Source of the DNA: Prevotella sp.
GTDB taxonomy: Bacteria > Bacteroidota > Bacteroidia > Bacteroidales > Bacteroidaceae
Assembly: GCA_022764085.1 (NCBI GenBank)
Contig: JALERP010000177.1
Span: forward strand, 2,682 to 66,681
Direction: 5' to 3'
Length of the DNA: 64,000 nucleotides
The position numbers and the translations under genes were made by a program. The stretch's first letter is position 1. Each line of letters begins with the position of its first letter. The notes below the pieces were generated by a model. It was given only the letters and a program-made list of their open reading frames with translations. It was not told the DNA's origin and did no database searches. Positions 29,470-39,014 of the stretch are shown one piece after another.

Positions 29470-31626
29470 TTATTCCATTTCTATCTCACACAAATCACCT
29501 TTTTTTACAATGCTTCCAGCCTGGACGCTTTGACTCTTAACCTTTCCTCTTCCCTTTATACGGGTTTTCAGTCCGCGGCTCTCAAGCAAATACACAGCGT
29601 CGCTTGCTCCCATTCCTACAACATTTGGCACAACATTACTATATGTCTTCATCTTTGATAGACCGACACCCTTTGCATTTCTCAGGGCTGTCCCCCAAAC
29701 AAGATTGTTGCCCGATGAATAGGGGCCATCCCACTTACAATCGGTATTCACGCCAATGTGCTTCAGGACATAGTCGGCAGCCAGAATATTTCCATTCTTC
29801 ACATCAGGAATAAATATTGACGCAGAATCCCTTGCATCCTCAACGCTCAGCTTCAGGTGTCTCGCCATAATCCCTTCTGCTATATGATGGAAGACAACAC
29901 CACTCATACCTCCACCCGAAGCCGGCAACCCCGACTTCTGGATACAAACGATGCACGAGTATCGGGGATTGTCTGCGGGGAAATATCCTGCAAAGCTCAA
30001 CAAGTAATTAGTAACCCCCGTCTTATATCCTCCAGCACCCTGTGACACCTGTGCTGTACCAGTCTTGCCAGCCACCTTAAAGGACTTTGAGCCTGCCTTG
30101 CGTCCGAGTCCTTGACTTACCACATGCTCCAATATTGTCTGCATCTCCTTCAATGTCTTCTCCTTGCATATATGCGGTTTTATCACCTCGGGCGGAAACT
30201 CCTTAATAACCTCTCCGTTCTTCACCACCTTGGATATAAACCTTGGCTTCATCATCTTGCCGTTGTTGGCAATAGCATTATAGAAGGTCACAGTGGATAT
30301 CGGAGGTATCTGGGTCTCATAACCTATACTCATCCATGCCAGTGCAGTCTTGCTCCAGTTGAGATACTGTCCGCGGGAATTCTTTTTCGGCATACGTATG
30401 CGGGGTGGGGTCGATCCCGCTATAGGCAGCTGTAGGTCAGAAGCCAATCCAGTACGATAAATACCCTCCACAAATTTCTCGGGATTATTATGATAATGGT
30501 CGTCAATTATTCTGCTAATGCCGATATTTGAACTGACCTCAAGGGTACGTGGCAGACTGATAACCTGATATCCGCCTCTGCGCCAGTTGTGGTCCTTCAT
30601 GTCCCTGCCATACATTTTCCACACTCCACACCCTGTATCAACCTTGTATGTGGTATCAACAACCCCGTCGTCCAGGGCCACCATGATGGATGCCGTCTTG
30701 AATACAGAGCCTGGCTCAAGCAAATTGCTCACCGCAAGATTCTTAATCTCACGGTATTCCCCATCCCCGCATTTGGTCATGTTCACCATAGCCTTCACGT
30801 CACCCGTAGCCACCTCCATGACAATTGCCACACCGGCATCTCCATGCACTTGTGGATCTTTTAGTTCCTCGATAAGCGCACGCTCGGCAAGATCCTGAAT
30901 TCCCACATCAATCGTGGTAATGATGTCACAACCATCCACAGGTGCCAATACGGGAATATTCATATATTTGTTGAGCACCTTGCGCCTGTGGGTAAAGCCG
31001 TCAGTGCCCCTTAATATGGAATCGTAGGCAAGCTCGAGTCCGCAACGTGCGGTGTCTTTTGCCCCGAACATGTCACCCACAGTACGACGCGCCAATGACC
31101 CAAACGGCCGACGGCGCGAATTAAACTCCTCGCAGTGGAATCCACCTTTATATTGCGACAAGTTAAATACCGGGAGCGCTTTCACCTCACAATAGGTATT
31201 ATAGTCAATGCGCTTTGGCCATATCGCCCAGTTACGTGCATGTCTCTTGCGTCCCTCCTCCATGTGAGCCTTGAAATCCTCCACACTCTTTTCCGGAAAG
31301 ATACGGTTGAGCCCCATACATATCGAGTCCATCTTGACTACAAGCAGGGAGTCTTTTTTCTCGCCACCAGCCAGAAAGTCCATATAGACCTTGTATTCGG
31401 GAATACTGCTCGCCATAAGTTGCCCGTCACAACTGAGTATATTACCCCTATTGGGTTTCACTGTAACACTGTCCCGTTTCTGGCGCGACGCCACTTTCTC
31501 CCAATAGTCTTTCTTGGCAGTCATTATATAGGCGGCCTTGCCCACCACCGTGAAACCGATGATGGTCAACACTACCGCTATGATGAAATATCGCGGCATC
31601 ACCTTGTCATTCTCGAACTTGCTCAT
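29470..31626 (-). CDS. ftsI: Division transpeptidase PBP3/FtsI with a PASTA domain
   Basis: RGNIL, EPGSVFK (SxxK), SSN and KTG motifs; C-terminal VPNVVGM PASTA domain. Confidence 0.92.
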   Translation of the reverse strand: MSKFENDKVMPRYFIIAVVLTIIGFTVVGKAAYIMTAKKDYWEKVASRQKRDSVTVKPNRGNILSCDGQLMASSIPEYKVYMDFLAGGEKKDSLLVVKMDSICMGLNRIFPEKSVEDFKAHMEEGRKRHARNWAIWPKRIDYNTYCEVKALPVFNLSQYKGGFHCEEFNSRRRPFGSLARRTVGDMFGAKDTARCGLELAYDSILRGTDGFTHRRKVLNKYMNIPVLAPVDGCDIITTIDVGIQDLAERALIEELKDPQVHGDAGVAIVMEVATGDVKAMVNMTKCGDGEYREIKNLAVSNLLEPGSVFKTASIMVALDDGVVDTTYKVDTGCGVWKMYGRDMKDHNWRRGGYQVISLPRTLEVSSNIGISRIIDDHYHNNPEKFVEGIYRTGLASDLQLPIAGSTPPRIRMPKKNSRGQYLNWSKTALAWMSIGYETQIPPISTVTFYNAIANNGKMMKPRFISKVVKNGEVIKEFPPEVIKPHICKEKTLKEMQTILEHVVSQGLGRKAGSKSFKVAGKTGTAQVSQGAGGYKTGVTNYLLSFAGYFPADNPRYSCIVCIQKSGLPASGGGMSGVVFHHIAEGIMARHLKLSVEDARDSASIFIPDVKNGNILAADYVLKHIGVNTDCKWDGPYSSGNNLVWGTALRNAKGVGLSKMKTYSNVVPNVVGMGASDAVYLLESRGLKTRIKGRGKVKSQSVQAGSIVKKGDLCEIEME

Positions 31627-31638
31627 CTGTTCATTATT

Positions 31639-32070
31639 TTATTTTTTTGGCACATTAATAATATAAGGTGGCTGGTCGGAGGCCTTCAGCAGGCTGTCAT
31701 TATTTTCCTTTAGCAATTTCAGCACGTGGCTTTCACGGCTACGTTCCGTCAACTTGCTTGAAATAGACAGGGCACGGTATTTTGCATCCTTGAGTTCCAA
31801 CTCCATATTGGCAATCTTTATCATATCTTGTTGGCACTGGTATCTTGATGCAACATATATAATGACAAAAACGACAACGATGACTATTAGCCACAACTGA
31901 CGACGTACAAATTGTGCATTCAGAATGTCGCCTCCCAAAATCATCTTCAGACTCAGTTGCGCCGTTGGCTTGGAGTCTTCCTCGCTCACCGAGTTTTTTA
32001 GCATTTCAAGGGCAGAGGCCTTGCTTTCCACCTCCTCCTTTTCTGCTCTAAACTTTGTATCTTCTGCCAT
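31639..32070 (-). CDS. ftsL: FtsL-like cell division protein
   Basis: Single TM plus coiled coil, between rsmH and ftsI. Confidence 0.8.
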   Translation of the reverse strand: MAEDTKFRAEKEEVESKASALEMLKNSVSEEDSKPTAQLSLKMILGGDILNAQFVRRQLWLIVIVVVFVIIYVASRYQCQQDMIKIANMELELKDAKYRALSISSKLTERSRESHVLKLLKENNDSLLKASDQPPYIINVPKK

Positions 32071-32073
32071 AGC

Positions 32074-33006
32074 TTATATCTTGTTTTTTTCAGATATTCT
32101 TAACTTTGCACTTCGGCTTCTCGGATTTGCCAGCTGTTCATCTTTGTCTGGCACTATCACTTTGCCAATCGTATTCAGTGGCGTGTTAACCCTTCCGAAG
32201 AAATCCTTATCAATTTTTCCTTCAGAGTTGCCGGATTTCATCACGTTCTTGACGATACGGTCTTCAAGGGAATGGTATGTTATCACAGACAATCTTCCGC
32301 CTTCTCCAAGACATTCGACAGCAGAGCGCAGCATATCCCTGAGGGCATCCATCTCATGGTTCACTTCTATGCGCAATGCCTGAAAGAGCTTTGCCATGTC
32401 CTTTTTAGCTCGTTCCTTGGGCATAATTGTTTCCACCGCATCCGTCAGTTCGCCTGTTGTTGTAAATGGCTTTAAAGCACGTCGCTTTACAATGGTAGCC
32501 GCCAGTTTGCGCGAGGACTTCAGTTCGCCGTATAGATAGAATATATCGGAAAGCCTTTCCTCATCATATTCATTTAGTATGTCTGCGGCAGTCTGTCCCG
32601 CCCTTTTGTTCATCCTCATGTCTATCGGAGCGTCGAAACGGAATGAGAAACCGCGTGTCTCATCATCAAAATGATGGCTTGACACACCCAAGTCAGCCAA
32701 CAATCCATCAATACGCTCCACGCCAAAATAGCGCATCCAGTTTTTTAGGTATCTGAAATTGCTCCTCACGAAAGTGAATCGCGGGTCATCACTCAGGCGT
32801 ATATCACCTTGCGACGCATTCTGTTCCGCATCTGCATCCTGGTCGAAACTGAAAAGATGCCCGTCTGAAGAAAGACGCGACAATATCTCACGACTATGCC
32901 CCCCTCCTCCAAAGGTGACATCCACATAAATGCCGTCGGGCTTGACATTAAGCCCGTCAACACTCTGTTTCAGCAACACCGGTATATGATAATCCTCTAC
33001 CTTCAT
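32074..33006 (-). CDS. rsmH: 16S rRNA m4C1402 methyltransferase
   Basis: HIPVLL, DVTFGGGGHS, DLGVSS, RGFSF, YHSLEDR and NPRSRSAKLR motifs. Confidence 0.97.
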   Translation of the reverse strand: MKVEDYHIPVLLKQSVDGLNVKPDGIYVDVTFGGGGHSREILSRLSSDGHLFSFDQDADAEQNASQGDIRLSDDPRFTFVRSNFRYLKNWMRYFGVERIDGLLADLGVSSHHFDDETRGFSFRFDAPIDMRMNKRAGQTAADILNEYDEERLSDIFYLYGELKSSRKLAATIVKRRALKPFTTTGELTDAVETIMPKERAKKDMAKLFQALRIEVNHEMDALRDMLRSAVECLGEGGRLSVITYHSLEDRIVKNVMKSGNSEGKIDKDFFGRVNTPLNTIGKVIVPDKDEQLANPRSRSAKLRISEKNKI

Positions 33007-33048
33007 CCCTAATCCTAAACTCTAAATTCTTAATATTCAACTCTTAAT
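33007..33048. repeat. Degenerate heptamer tandem repeat at the mraZ-rsmH junction
   Basis: ccctaat cctaaac tctaaat tcttaat attcaac tcttaat. Confidence 0.55.
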
Positions 33049-33495
33049 AAAGTCTTCCCCCATCAATTCCTGCAAAGCCGCCCCAAAGGTCTGGTCATCC
33101 ATCAGCGATTCCTCAGCTTTCTTCACAGCCCATATCTCAATAGTGTCACCCATTCCGATAAACCTTACGTCAGATTCAATATCCACCGTTTTCATACAAC
33201 GGCGTGAAATAAGGAAACGCCCGTTACCATCAAGTGTCACCACCTCAGCTTCTGCCACAAACTGGCGATACACCTGCTGTTGCTGACTGTTCCAGCGGCT
33301 AAGCCGTGACCTTAGTGCATCCAGCTGCTCATTCCATACACTCTCGGGATAAAGCACAAGGCAAGACTGAAACACGTCACGCCTAAGTACAAGCCTCTCC
33401 TCGCCTGATTCCTGAAGAATCTTGCGGAAGACAGCCGGCAAGAATACCCTGCCCTTGGCGTCACATTTTGCTTCAATATTACCTAAAAATCTCAT
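33037..33495 (-). CDS. mraZ: Transcriptional regulator MraZ
   Basis: Two DxxGR motifs (DAKGR, DGNGR) and IEIW; start moved to ATG 33495. Confidence 0.93.
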   Translation of the reverse strand: MRFLGNIEAKCDAKGRVFLPAVFRKILQESGEERLVLRRDVFQSCLVLYPESVWNEQLDALRSRLSRWNSQQQQVYRQFVAEAEVVTLDGNGRFLISRRCMKTVDIESDVRFIGMGDTIEIWAVKKAEESLMDDQTFGAALQELMGEDFIKS

Positions 33496-33525
33496 ACGCA
33501 CTAAATATAATGTGGAAATTCGCCA

Positions 33526-33570
33526 CAAAGTTACTAACAATTCCCCACATTCCGCCACTTTCCCCCACTT
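33526..33570 (-). promoter_or_regulatory. dcw promoter with three MraZ-box-like GTGG repeats at 10-bp spacing
   Basis: Minus strand aaGTGGggga-aaGTGGcgga-atGTGGggaa followed by the -7 element TAACTTTG (33533-33526). Confidence 0.8.
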
Positions 33571-33778
33571 TTTTATAATAAATTATGTTAAGAGTCTGTT
33601 TTGGTTATCAAAACAATCGATGTTCTCACCTCTAAAAAGAATCTCATTTTGCGTTAAAATAAAACAAAATACGACTATTTTTATACTTTTTGACTATTTT
33701 TTTTAAGAAATAGCACGATAATCCAAATATTTAAACTACCTTTGCCCACGATTGTCGCAATATTGAGAGATAGTAGAA

Positions 33779-34597
33779 ATGGAAAAGACCATAGACATCG
33801 ACAAGATACTGAAAGGTAAGTTAGGAACGAAGGCCAAATTCGTTCCCCGATTTCTCGTATCTTGGCTTAAAAAGACCATTCATGAAGATGAGGTAAACAA
33901 ATACCTTTGGGAGAGCCGTCATCTGACAGGCACAGAATGGCTTGAGGAGTGTGTGCGCTATTTGGATATGACACTGAAAATCAAAGGCGAGGAGAACTTG
34001 CCCGACAAAAACGACGGTCGGCTTTACACCTTTGTCAGCAACCATCCCCTTGGCGGAGCAGACGGTGTAGCCCTTGGCTCCATCATTGGCAGGCATTATG
34101 ACAGCAGGTTCAAGTATCTCGTCAACGACCTACTGATGAATCTGCCCGGTCTCGCCCCGCTTTGCATACCCATAAACAAGACGGGAAAACAAAGCCGAAG
34201 CTTTCCCGCTATGGTGGAAACCGGATTCAAAAGCGATGACCACATCTTGATGTATCCAGCTGGAATCTGCTCGCGAAAGCAACCCGACGGACATATTCGT
34301 GATGTGAAATGGACAAAGACATTCATCGTCAAAAGTGTAGAATACCAAAGGGATATAGTGCCTATTCATTTCGGAGGCCAGAACTCGGACTTCTTCTACA
34401 AACTCGCTAATTTTTCCGACAAGCACATCAAGAAGGTGAACATTGCCATGCTTTTCCTCGTGGATGAGATGTATAAGAACGTACACAAGACATTTGAGGT
34501 GAAGATAGGGGAACCCATACCATGGCAGACCTTCGACAAGTCTAAGACAGCCACAGAATGGGCACAGTATGTCAAGGACATCGTTTACAAACTCTAA
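33779..34597 (+). CDS. PlsC-family acyltransferase, probable glycine-lipid O-acyltransferase (GlsA-like)
   Basis: SNHPLGGAD (HxxxxD) and YPAG motifs; paired with a GNAT gene; TACCTTTG at 33737-33744. Confidence 0.8.
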   Translation: MEKTIDIDKILKGKLGTKAKFVPRFLVSWLKKTIHEDEVNKYLWESRHLTGTEWLEECVRYLDMTLKIKGEENLPDKNDGRLYTFVSNHPLGGADGVALGSIIGRHYDSRFKYLVNDLLMNLPGLAPLCIPINKTGKQSRSFPAMVETGFKSDDHILMYPAGICSRKQPDGHIRDVKWTKTFIVKSVEYQRDIVPIHFGGQNSDFFYKLANFSDKHIKKVNIAMLFLVDEMYKNVHKTFEVKIGEPIPWQTFDKSKTATEWAQYVKDIVYKL

Positions 34598-34634
34598 TAT
34601 TTTTCACAACCAAAATAATAAAGTACCCAACGAG

Positions 34635-35627
34635 ATGGAACAAGAGATTATCAAGCCCGTTGACAAAGAGCTAATCAAGAGTGAACTTACTGCGGAAAGG
34701 CAGCTCAGAATGACAAATAGGAGTCATAACGAAATCTACGTTATCGATGCCCACAATGCCCCCAACACCCTAAGGGAAATTGGACGTCTAAGAGAAATTG
34801 TATTCCGTGAGGCAGGCGGAGGAACGGGCAAGGCTCTCGACCTCGACGAATTCGACACGATGGACAACTGCTATAAGCAGCTAATCGTATGGAATCCCGA
34901 AGCCGAAGAGATTATCGGAGGCTATAGGTATATTTTGGGCAAAGACATTGACTTCGACAAGAACGGGCAACCAATTCTTGCCACAAGCCACATGTTCCAT
35001 TTCTCAGACAGGTTCATAAAGGATTTTATGCCATGGACAATCGAGCTGGGACGCAGCTTCGTCACACTTGAATACCAAAACACACAGAAGAATCCGTCTA
35101 AGTCACTTTTCGCGCTCGACAATCTTTGGGACGGACTTGGCGCCCTCACCGTAATACAGCCCGACGTGAAATACTTCTTCGGCAAGATGACCATGTATCC
35201 CTCTTACATCCGCAAAGGGCGCGACATGATACTGTATTTCCTCAAAAAACACTTTGAGGACAAGGACAACCTCATCATCCCAATGAACCCGCTGAAGATT
35301 GAGACTGACCCGGAAGAACTTAAGGTTCTCTTCAGCGAGGAGTCCTTCAAGGAAGATTACAAGATTCTCAACCGCGAGATACGCAATCTCGGCTACAACA
35401 TCCCGCCACTTGTGAATGCCTACATGGGACTTAGTCCCACGATGAAACTCTTCGGCACTGCCATCAACGACGGTTTCGGCGACGTTGAGGAAACTGGCAT
35501 TCTCATTGCCGTAGATGAAATCCTTGAAGAGAAACGCATGAGACATATAGACACGTTTATCAAAGAGCATCCCGAGGCAATGCAAATCACCAGCGGAGCC
35601 AACAACGTGATATACAAAGAGAAATAA
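34635..35627 (+). CDS. GNAT/OlsB-family N-acyltransferase, probable glycine-lipid synthase (GlsB-like)
   Basis: EIGRLRE, LDLDEFD, IIGGYR, IELGRSFV and IPPLVNAY motifs; start moved to ATG 34635. Confidence 0.8.
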   Translation: MEQEIIKPVDKELIKSELTAERQLRMTNRSHNEIYVIDAHNAPNTLREIGRLREIVFREAGGGTGKALDLDEFDTMDNCYKQLIVWNPEAEEIIGGYRYILGKDIDFDKNGQPILATSHMFHFSDRFIKDFMPWTIELGRSFVTLEYQNTQKNPSKSLFALDNLWDGLGALTVIQPDVKYFFGKMTMYPSYIRKGRDMILYFLKKHFEDKDNLIIPMNPLKIETDPEELKVLFSEESFKEDYKILNREIRNLGYNIPPLVNAYMGLSPTMKLFGTAINDGFGDVEETGILIAVDEILEEKRMRHIDTFIKEHPEAMQITSGANNVIYKEK

Positions 35628-35661
35628 ACAACATAAATAGTCAAACCACAGATATATAGAA

Positions 35662-35697
35662 ATAAAGGGCGACACCTTGAGGTATCGCCCTATATTA
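35662..35697. terminator. Terminator between the convergent acyltransferase and gpmI genes
   Basis: agggcgacacct-tg-aggtatcgccct hairpin flanked by AT runs. Confidence 0.7.
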
Positions 35698-35719
35698 TTC
35701 ACTTAATGACTAATCAAGA

Positions 35720-37237
35720 TTAATCTACAATCAGATTCTCACCTGTCATATCCGACGGCTGCTCAAGTCCCATGATGTGTAGGATAGAGGGAGCCACATC
35801 GGCAAGACGACCGTTCTTCACTGTAGCCGAGTTGTTGTCGGTGACATAGATGAACGGCACAGGATTCAGCGAGTGGGCAGTGTTGGGTGAACCGTCCTCG
35901 TTAACCGCATTGTCGGCATTGCCGTGGTCGGCAATGATGATAGCCTCATAGTCATTTGCCTTGGCTGCCTCGATGACATCCTTCACGCAATTATCCACCG
36001 CATGCACGGCCTTTGCTATTGCGTTATATACACCAGTGTGTCCCACCATGTCGCCATTGGCGAAGTTAACCACGATAAAGTCATACTGCTGGGTATTGAT
36101 GGCACCCACAAGCTTGTCCTTTACCTCGTAAGCCGACATCTCGGGCTTGAGGTCGTATGTTGCAACTTTCGGAGAGGGCACAAGGATGCGGTCCTCATTA
36201 TCATACGGAGCCTCGCGACCACCATTGAAGAAGAAGGTCACATGGGCATACTTCTCGGTCTCGGCAGTATGCAACTGCTTCTTGCCCTTACTGCTGAGAT
36301 ATTCGCCAAGGGTGTTGGTAACATTCTCCTTGGGGAAGATGATATTCACGCCCTGGAATGAGGCATCGTATGGAGTCATGCAGAAGTACTGCAGGCCGGG
36401 GATGGTCTTCATGCCTGCTTCGGGCATATCCTGCTGGGTGAGCACCACGGTGAGCTCCTTGGCACGGTCGTTGCGGAAGTTCATGAAGATAACAATATCG
36501 CCCTCCTGGATAGTGCCGTCAACGGTTGAGTTGTTGATAGGCTTGATAAACTCGTCGGTGACACCGTCGGCATAGCTTTCCTCGACAGCCTTCACCATGT
36601 CGGCAGCCTGCTTTCCCTTGCCCTCGACGAGCAGGTCATAGGCTTCCTTCACACGCTCCCAGCGCTTGTCGCGGTCCATTGCATAGAAACGTCCTATGAT
36701 ACTTGCCACGGTAGCATCGTTCTTGGCACAAATGTCGGTGAGCTGCTGGATGAATCCCACACCACTCTTCGGGTCGGTGTCGCGACCGTCCATAAAGCAG
36801 TGTACGAAGGTATTCTTCAGTCCATACTCCTTGCTTATCTCGATAAACTTGAAGAAATGCTCGAGTGAAGAGTGAACACCACCGTTGGAAGCCAGACCCA
36901 TAAGGTGAACCTTCTTGCCGGTCTTCTGTGCGTATGAGTAAGCGTTCACCACCTGCTCGTTCTTCAAGATAGAACCGTCCTTGCAGGCACGGTTAATCTT
37001 CACGAGATCCTGATATACAATGCGTCCTGCACCGATATTGAGGTGACCCACCTCGGAGTTGCCCATCTGTCCGTCAGGCAGACCGACGTTTTCGCCGGAA
37101 GCCTCAAGCTGCGAGTGGGCACTAACAGCTGTAAGATAGTCGAGATAAGGAGTAGGCGTATTGTAGATAACGTCACCCTTTCCATGCTTTCCGATTCCCC
37201 ATCCATCGAGAATCATGAGTAATGCTTTTTTTGCCAT
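35720..37237 (-). CDS. gpmI: 2,3-bisphosphoglycerate-independent phosphoglycerate mutase
   Basis: [37 protein letters not shown] and ADHGN motifs. Confidence 0.97.
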   Translation of the reverse strand: MAKKALLMILDGWGIGKHGKGDVIYNTPTPYLDYLTAVSAHSQLEASGENVGLPDGQMGNSEVGHLNIGAGRIVYQDLVKINRACKDGSILKNEQVVNAYSYAQKTGKKVHLMGLASNGGVHSSLEHFFKFIEISKEYGLKNTFVHCFMDGRDTDPKSGVGFIQQLTDICAKNDATVASIIGRFYAMDRDKRWERVKEAYDLLVEGKGKQAADMVKAVEESYADGVTDEFIKPINNSTVDGTIQEGDIVIFMNFRNDRAKELTVVLTQQDMPEAGMKTIPGLQYFCMTPYDASFQGVNIIFPKENVTNTLGEYLSSKGKKQLHTAETEKYAHVTFFFNGGREAPYDNEDRILVPSPKVATYDLKPEMSAYEVKDKLVGAINTQQYDFIVVNFANGDMVGHTGVYNAIAKAVHAVDNCVKDVIEAAKANDYEAIIIADHGNADNAVNEDGSPNTAHSLNPVPFIYVTDNNSATVKNGRLADVAPSILHIMGLEQPSDMTGENLIVD

Positions 37238-37420
37238 AGTCTTAAATATATTTATTTAATGATTCTTCTTATCGGGGTGCAAAGTTACTGCAAATCACCG
37301 ATATTTCAAAATAAAAAGCACTTTTTTTGTATCTTTTCTTATTTTCTAAGCAGTCTTGAGGATTTTTTTTGTACCTTTGCACCCGCATTAACTGAAAAAT
37401 ATAAAGAATAATATATAAAA

Positions 37421-38509
37421 ATGGAAAAAATCATTCTAACAGGAGACCGCCCCACGGGCAAGCTCCACTTAGGACACTACATCGGCTCGCTCAGACGACG
37501 CGTTGAACTACAGAACAAAGGCGACTTCAGCAAGATGTTCGTCTTTATGGCTGATGTGCAGGCTCTCACCGACAATGCCGACAACCCCGAGAAGATTCGC
37601 CAAAACATCATCGAGGTAGCTCTCGACTATCTTGCAGCGGGTCTCGACCCCGAAAGATGCACGCTCTTCATCCAGAGCCAAATTCCCGAATTGGCGGAAC
37701 TCACCACTTATCTGATGAATCTTATCACAGTGAGCCGCGTGCAGCGTAACCCAACTGTCAAGACCGAGATAAAGATGCGCAACTTCGAGGCTAACATTCC
37801 TCTTGGTTTCTTCTGCTATCCCGTAAGCCAGGCTGCCGACATAACCCTCTTCAAGGCAACCACCGTTCCTGCAGGCGAAGACCAGGAACCTATGCTTGAG
37901 GTGACACGCGAATTGGTGCGCCGATTCAACCAAACTTATGCTCCCGTGCTTGTAGAACCGGAGATTATGCTGCCCGAGAACGCCACTGCCCGCCGACTCC
38001 CCGGAACCGACGGAAAGGAAAAGATGAGCAAGAGTCTTGGCAACTGTATCTATCTCAGCGACTCCGAGAAGGAGGTATGGAAGAAGGTTAAGAAGATGTC
38101 AAACGGTGCTCCACGCATGTCGATGGATGAGCCGGGCAACCTTGAGGGAAATGCCGTATTCACATATCTTGAGGCATTCAGCTGCGATGACGACTTCGCC
38201 AACTACTGGCCGGAGTTCAAGAACCTTGAGGAACTCAAGGAGCACTATGTCCACGGAGGTATTGGCGACGGCACATGCAAAAAGTTCCTCAACACCATCC
38301 TCAATAATATGCTCGAACCAATGCGCCAGCGTCGCCACGAACTGGAGCAGGATATTCCTGAGATATACAATATCCTGCGTAAGGGAACAGAGAAGGCTCG
38401 CGAGACAGCTGCCCAGACTATGGCTGAGGTACGTGAGGCAATGCGCATTAACTACTTCGACGATGCCGAACTCATCCGCAGTCAGGCAGAGCGATTCAAG
38501 AATATATAA
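37421..38509 (+). CDS. trpS: Tryptophan-tRNA ligase
   Basis: GDRPTGKLHLGH, GEDQ and KMSKS motifs; TACCTTTG at 37372-37379. Confidence 0.97.
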   Translation: MEKIILTGDRPTGKLHLGHYIGSLRRRVELQNKGDFSKMFVFMADVQALTDNADNPEKIRQNIIEVALDYLAAGLDPERCTLFIQSQIPELAELTTYLMNLITVSRVQRNPTVKTEIKMRNFEANIPLGFFCYPVSQAADITLFKATTVPAGEDQEPMLEVTRELVRRFNQTYAPVLVEPEIMLPENATARRLPGTDGKEKMSKSLGNCIYLSDSEKEVWKKVKKMSNGAPRMSMDEPGNLEGNAVFTYLEAFSCDDDFANYWPEFKNLEELKEHYVHGGIGDGTCKKFLNTILNNMLEPMRQRRHELEQDIPEIYNILRKGTEKARETAAQTMAEVREAMRINYFDDAELIRSQAERFKNI

Positions 38510-38516
38510 AGCGATA

Positions 38517-38589
38517 GTCCTCACGGTGTCTGAATGACCGTCCTAATGGTGTATAGATGACCATCCTTGTTGTGTCAGGATGGTCATCT
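38517..38589. repeat. Three degenerate 23-bp repeats ending in a 13-bp hairpin (probable trpS terminator)
   Basis: gtcctcacggtgtctgaatgacc / gtcctaatggtgtatagatgacc / atccttgttgtgtcaggatggtc; stem agatgaccatcct...aggatggtcatct. Confidence 0.75.
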
Positions 38590-38620
38590 TTGTATTATGT
38601 TGCAAGTTGTCAAATGAACT

Positions 38621-38753
38621 GGAACAACTGTGGCAATGCTTATTGTCACACTTGTGCCATAGCTATTGTCACAGTCGTTTCACAGCCTTTGGAACAAGTG
38701 TGACAACAGCCTTTGGAACAAGTGTGACAACAAGTGTGGTACGACTGTGACAA
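38621..38753. repeat. Direct/inverted repeat array with a TGTGACAA core, including an exact 24-bp tandem duplication
   Basis: acagcctttggaacaagtgtgaca x2 (38682-38729); inverted copies tattgtcacacttgt and tattgtcacagtcgt. Confidence 0.85.
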
Positions 38754-38800
38754 AGGGCATCCTTGCATCAACTGATTGCGTGTTATTAGCTCATAATTAT

Positions 38801-38894
38801 AGGCTGACAGATAAATTTGCTGTCAGCCTATCTGTCAGCATATTAATATACTGTATATTAGTTAGTTATATGTGAAAAATGACAGATGACAGAT
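38801..38894. repeat. TGACAGAT/ATCTGTCA palindromic element
   Basis: aggctgacag-ataaatttg-ctgtcagcct, then atctgtcagc ... tgacagatgacagat. Confidence 0.75.
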
Positions 38895-39014
38895 ATATTT
38901 AAACTTTTCACGTGCATAGTAATGCAATAATACATATAAATGGGACATTGCCTTCTTCGTAGATTGCTATCTACGATTGCAATATATATGGGACATGAAG
39001 GCTGATGTGGACAG

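Noticed and set aside
17810..33495. Absence of murF, murB and ddl from the dcw cluster as an anomaly
   Set aside because: This reduced order is usual for Bacteroidales.
38517..38753. Possible CRISPR array
   Set aside because: Repeats are directly adjacent or inverted, with no unique spacers and no cas genes in the window.
38666..38875. 69-aa ORF with SLWNKCDN repeats as a RiPP precursor
   Set aside because: It is the translation of the DNA repeat, starts at TTG, has no leader motif and lies on the opposite strand from the cassette.
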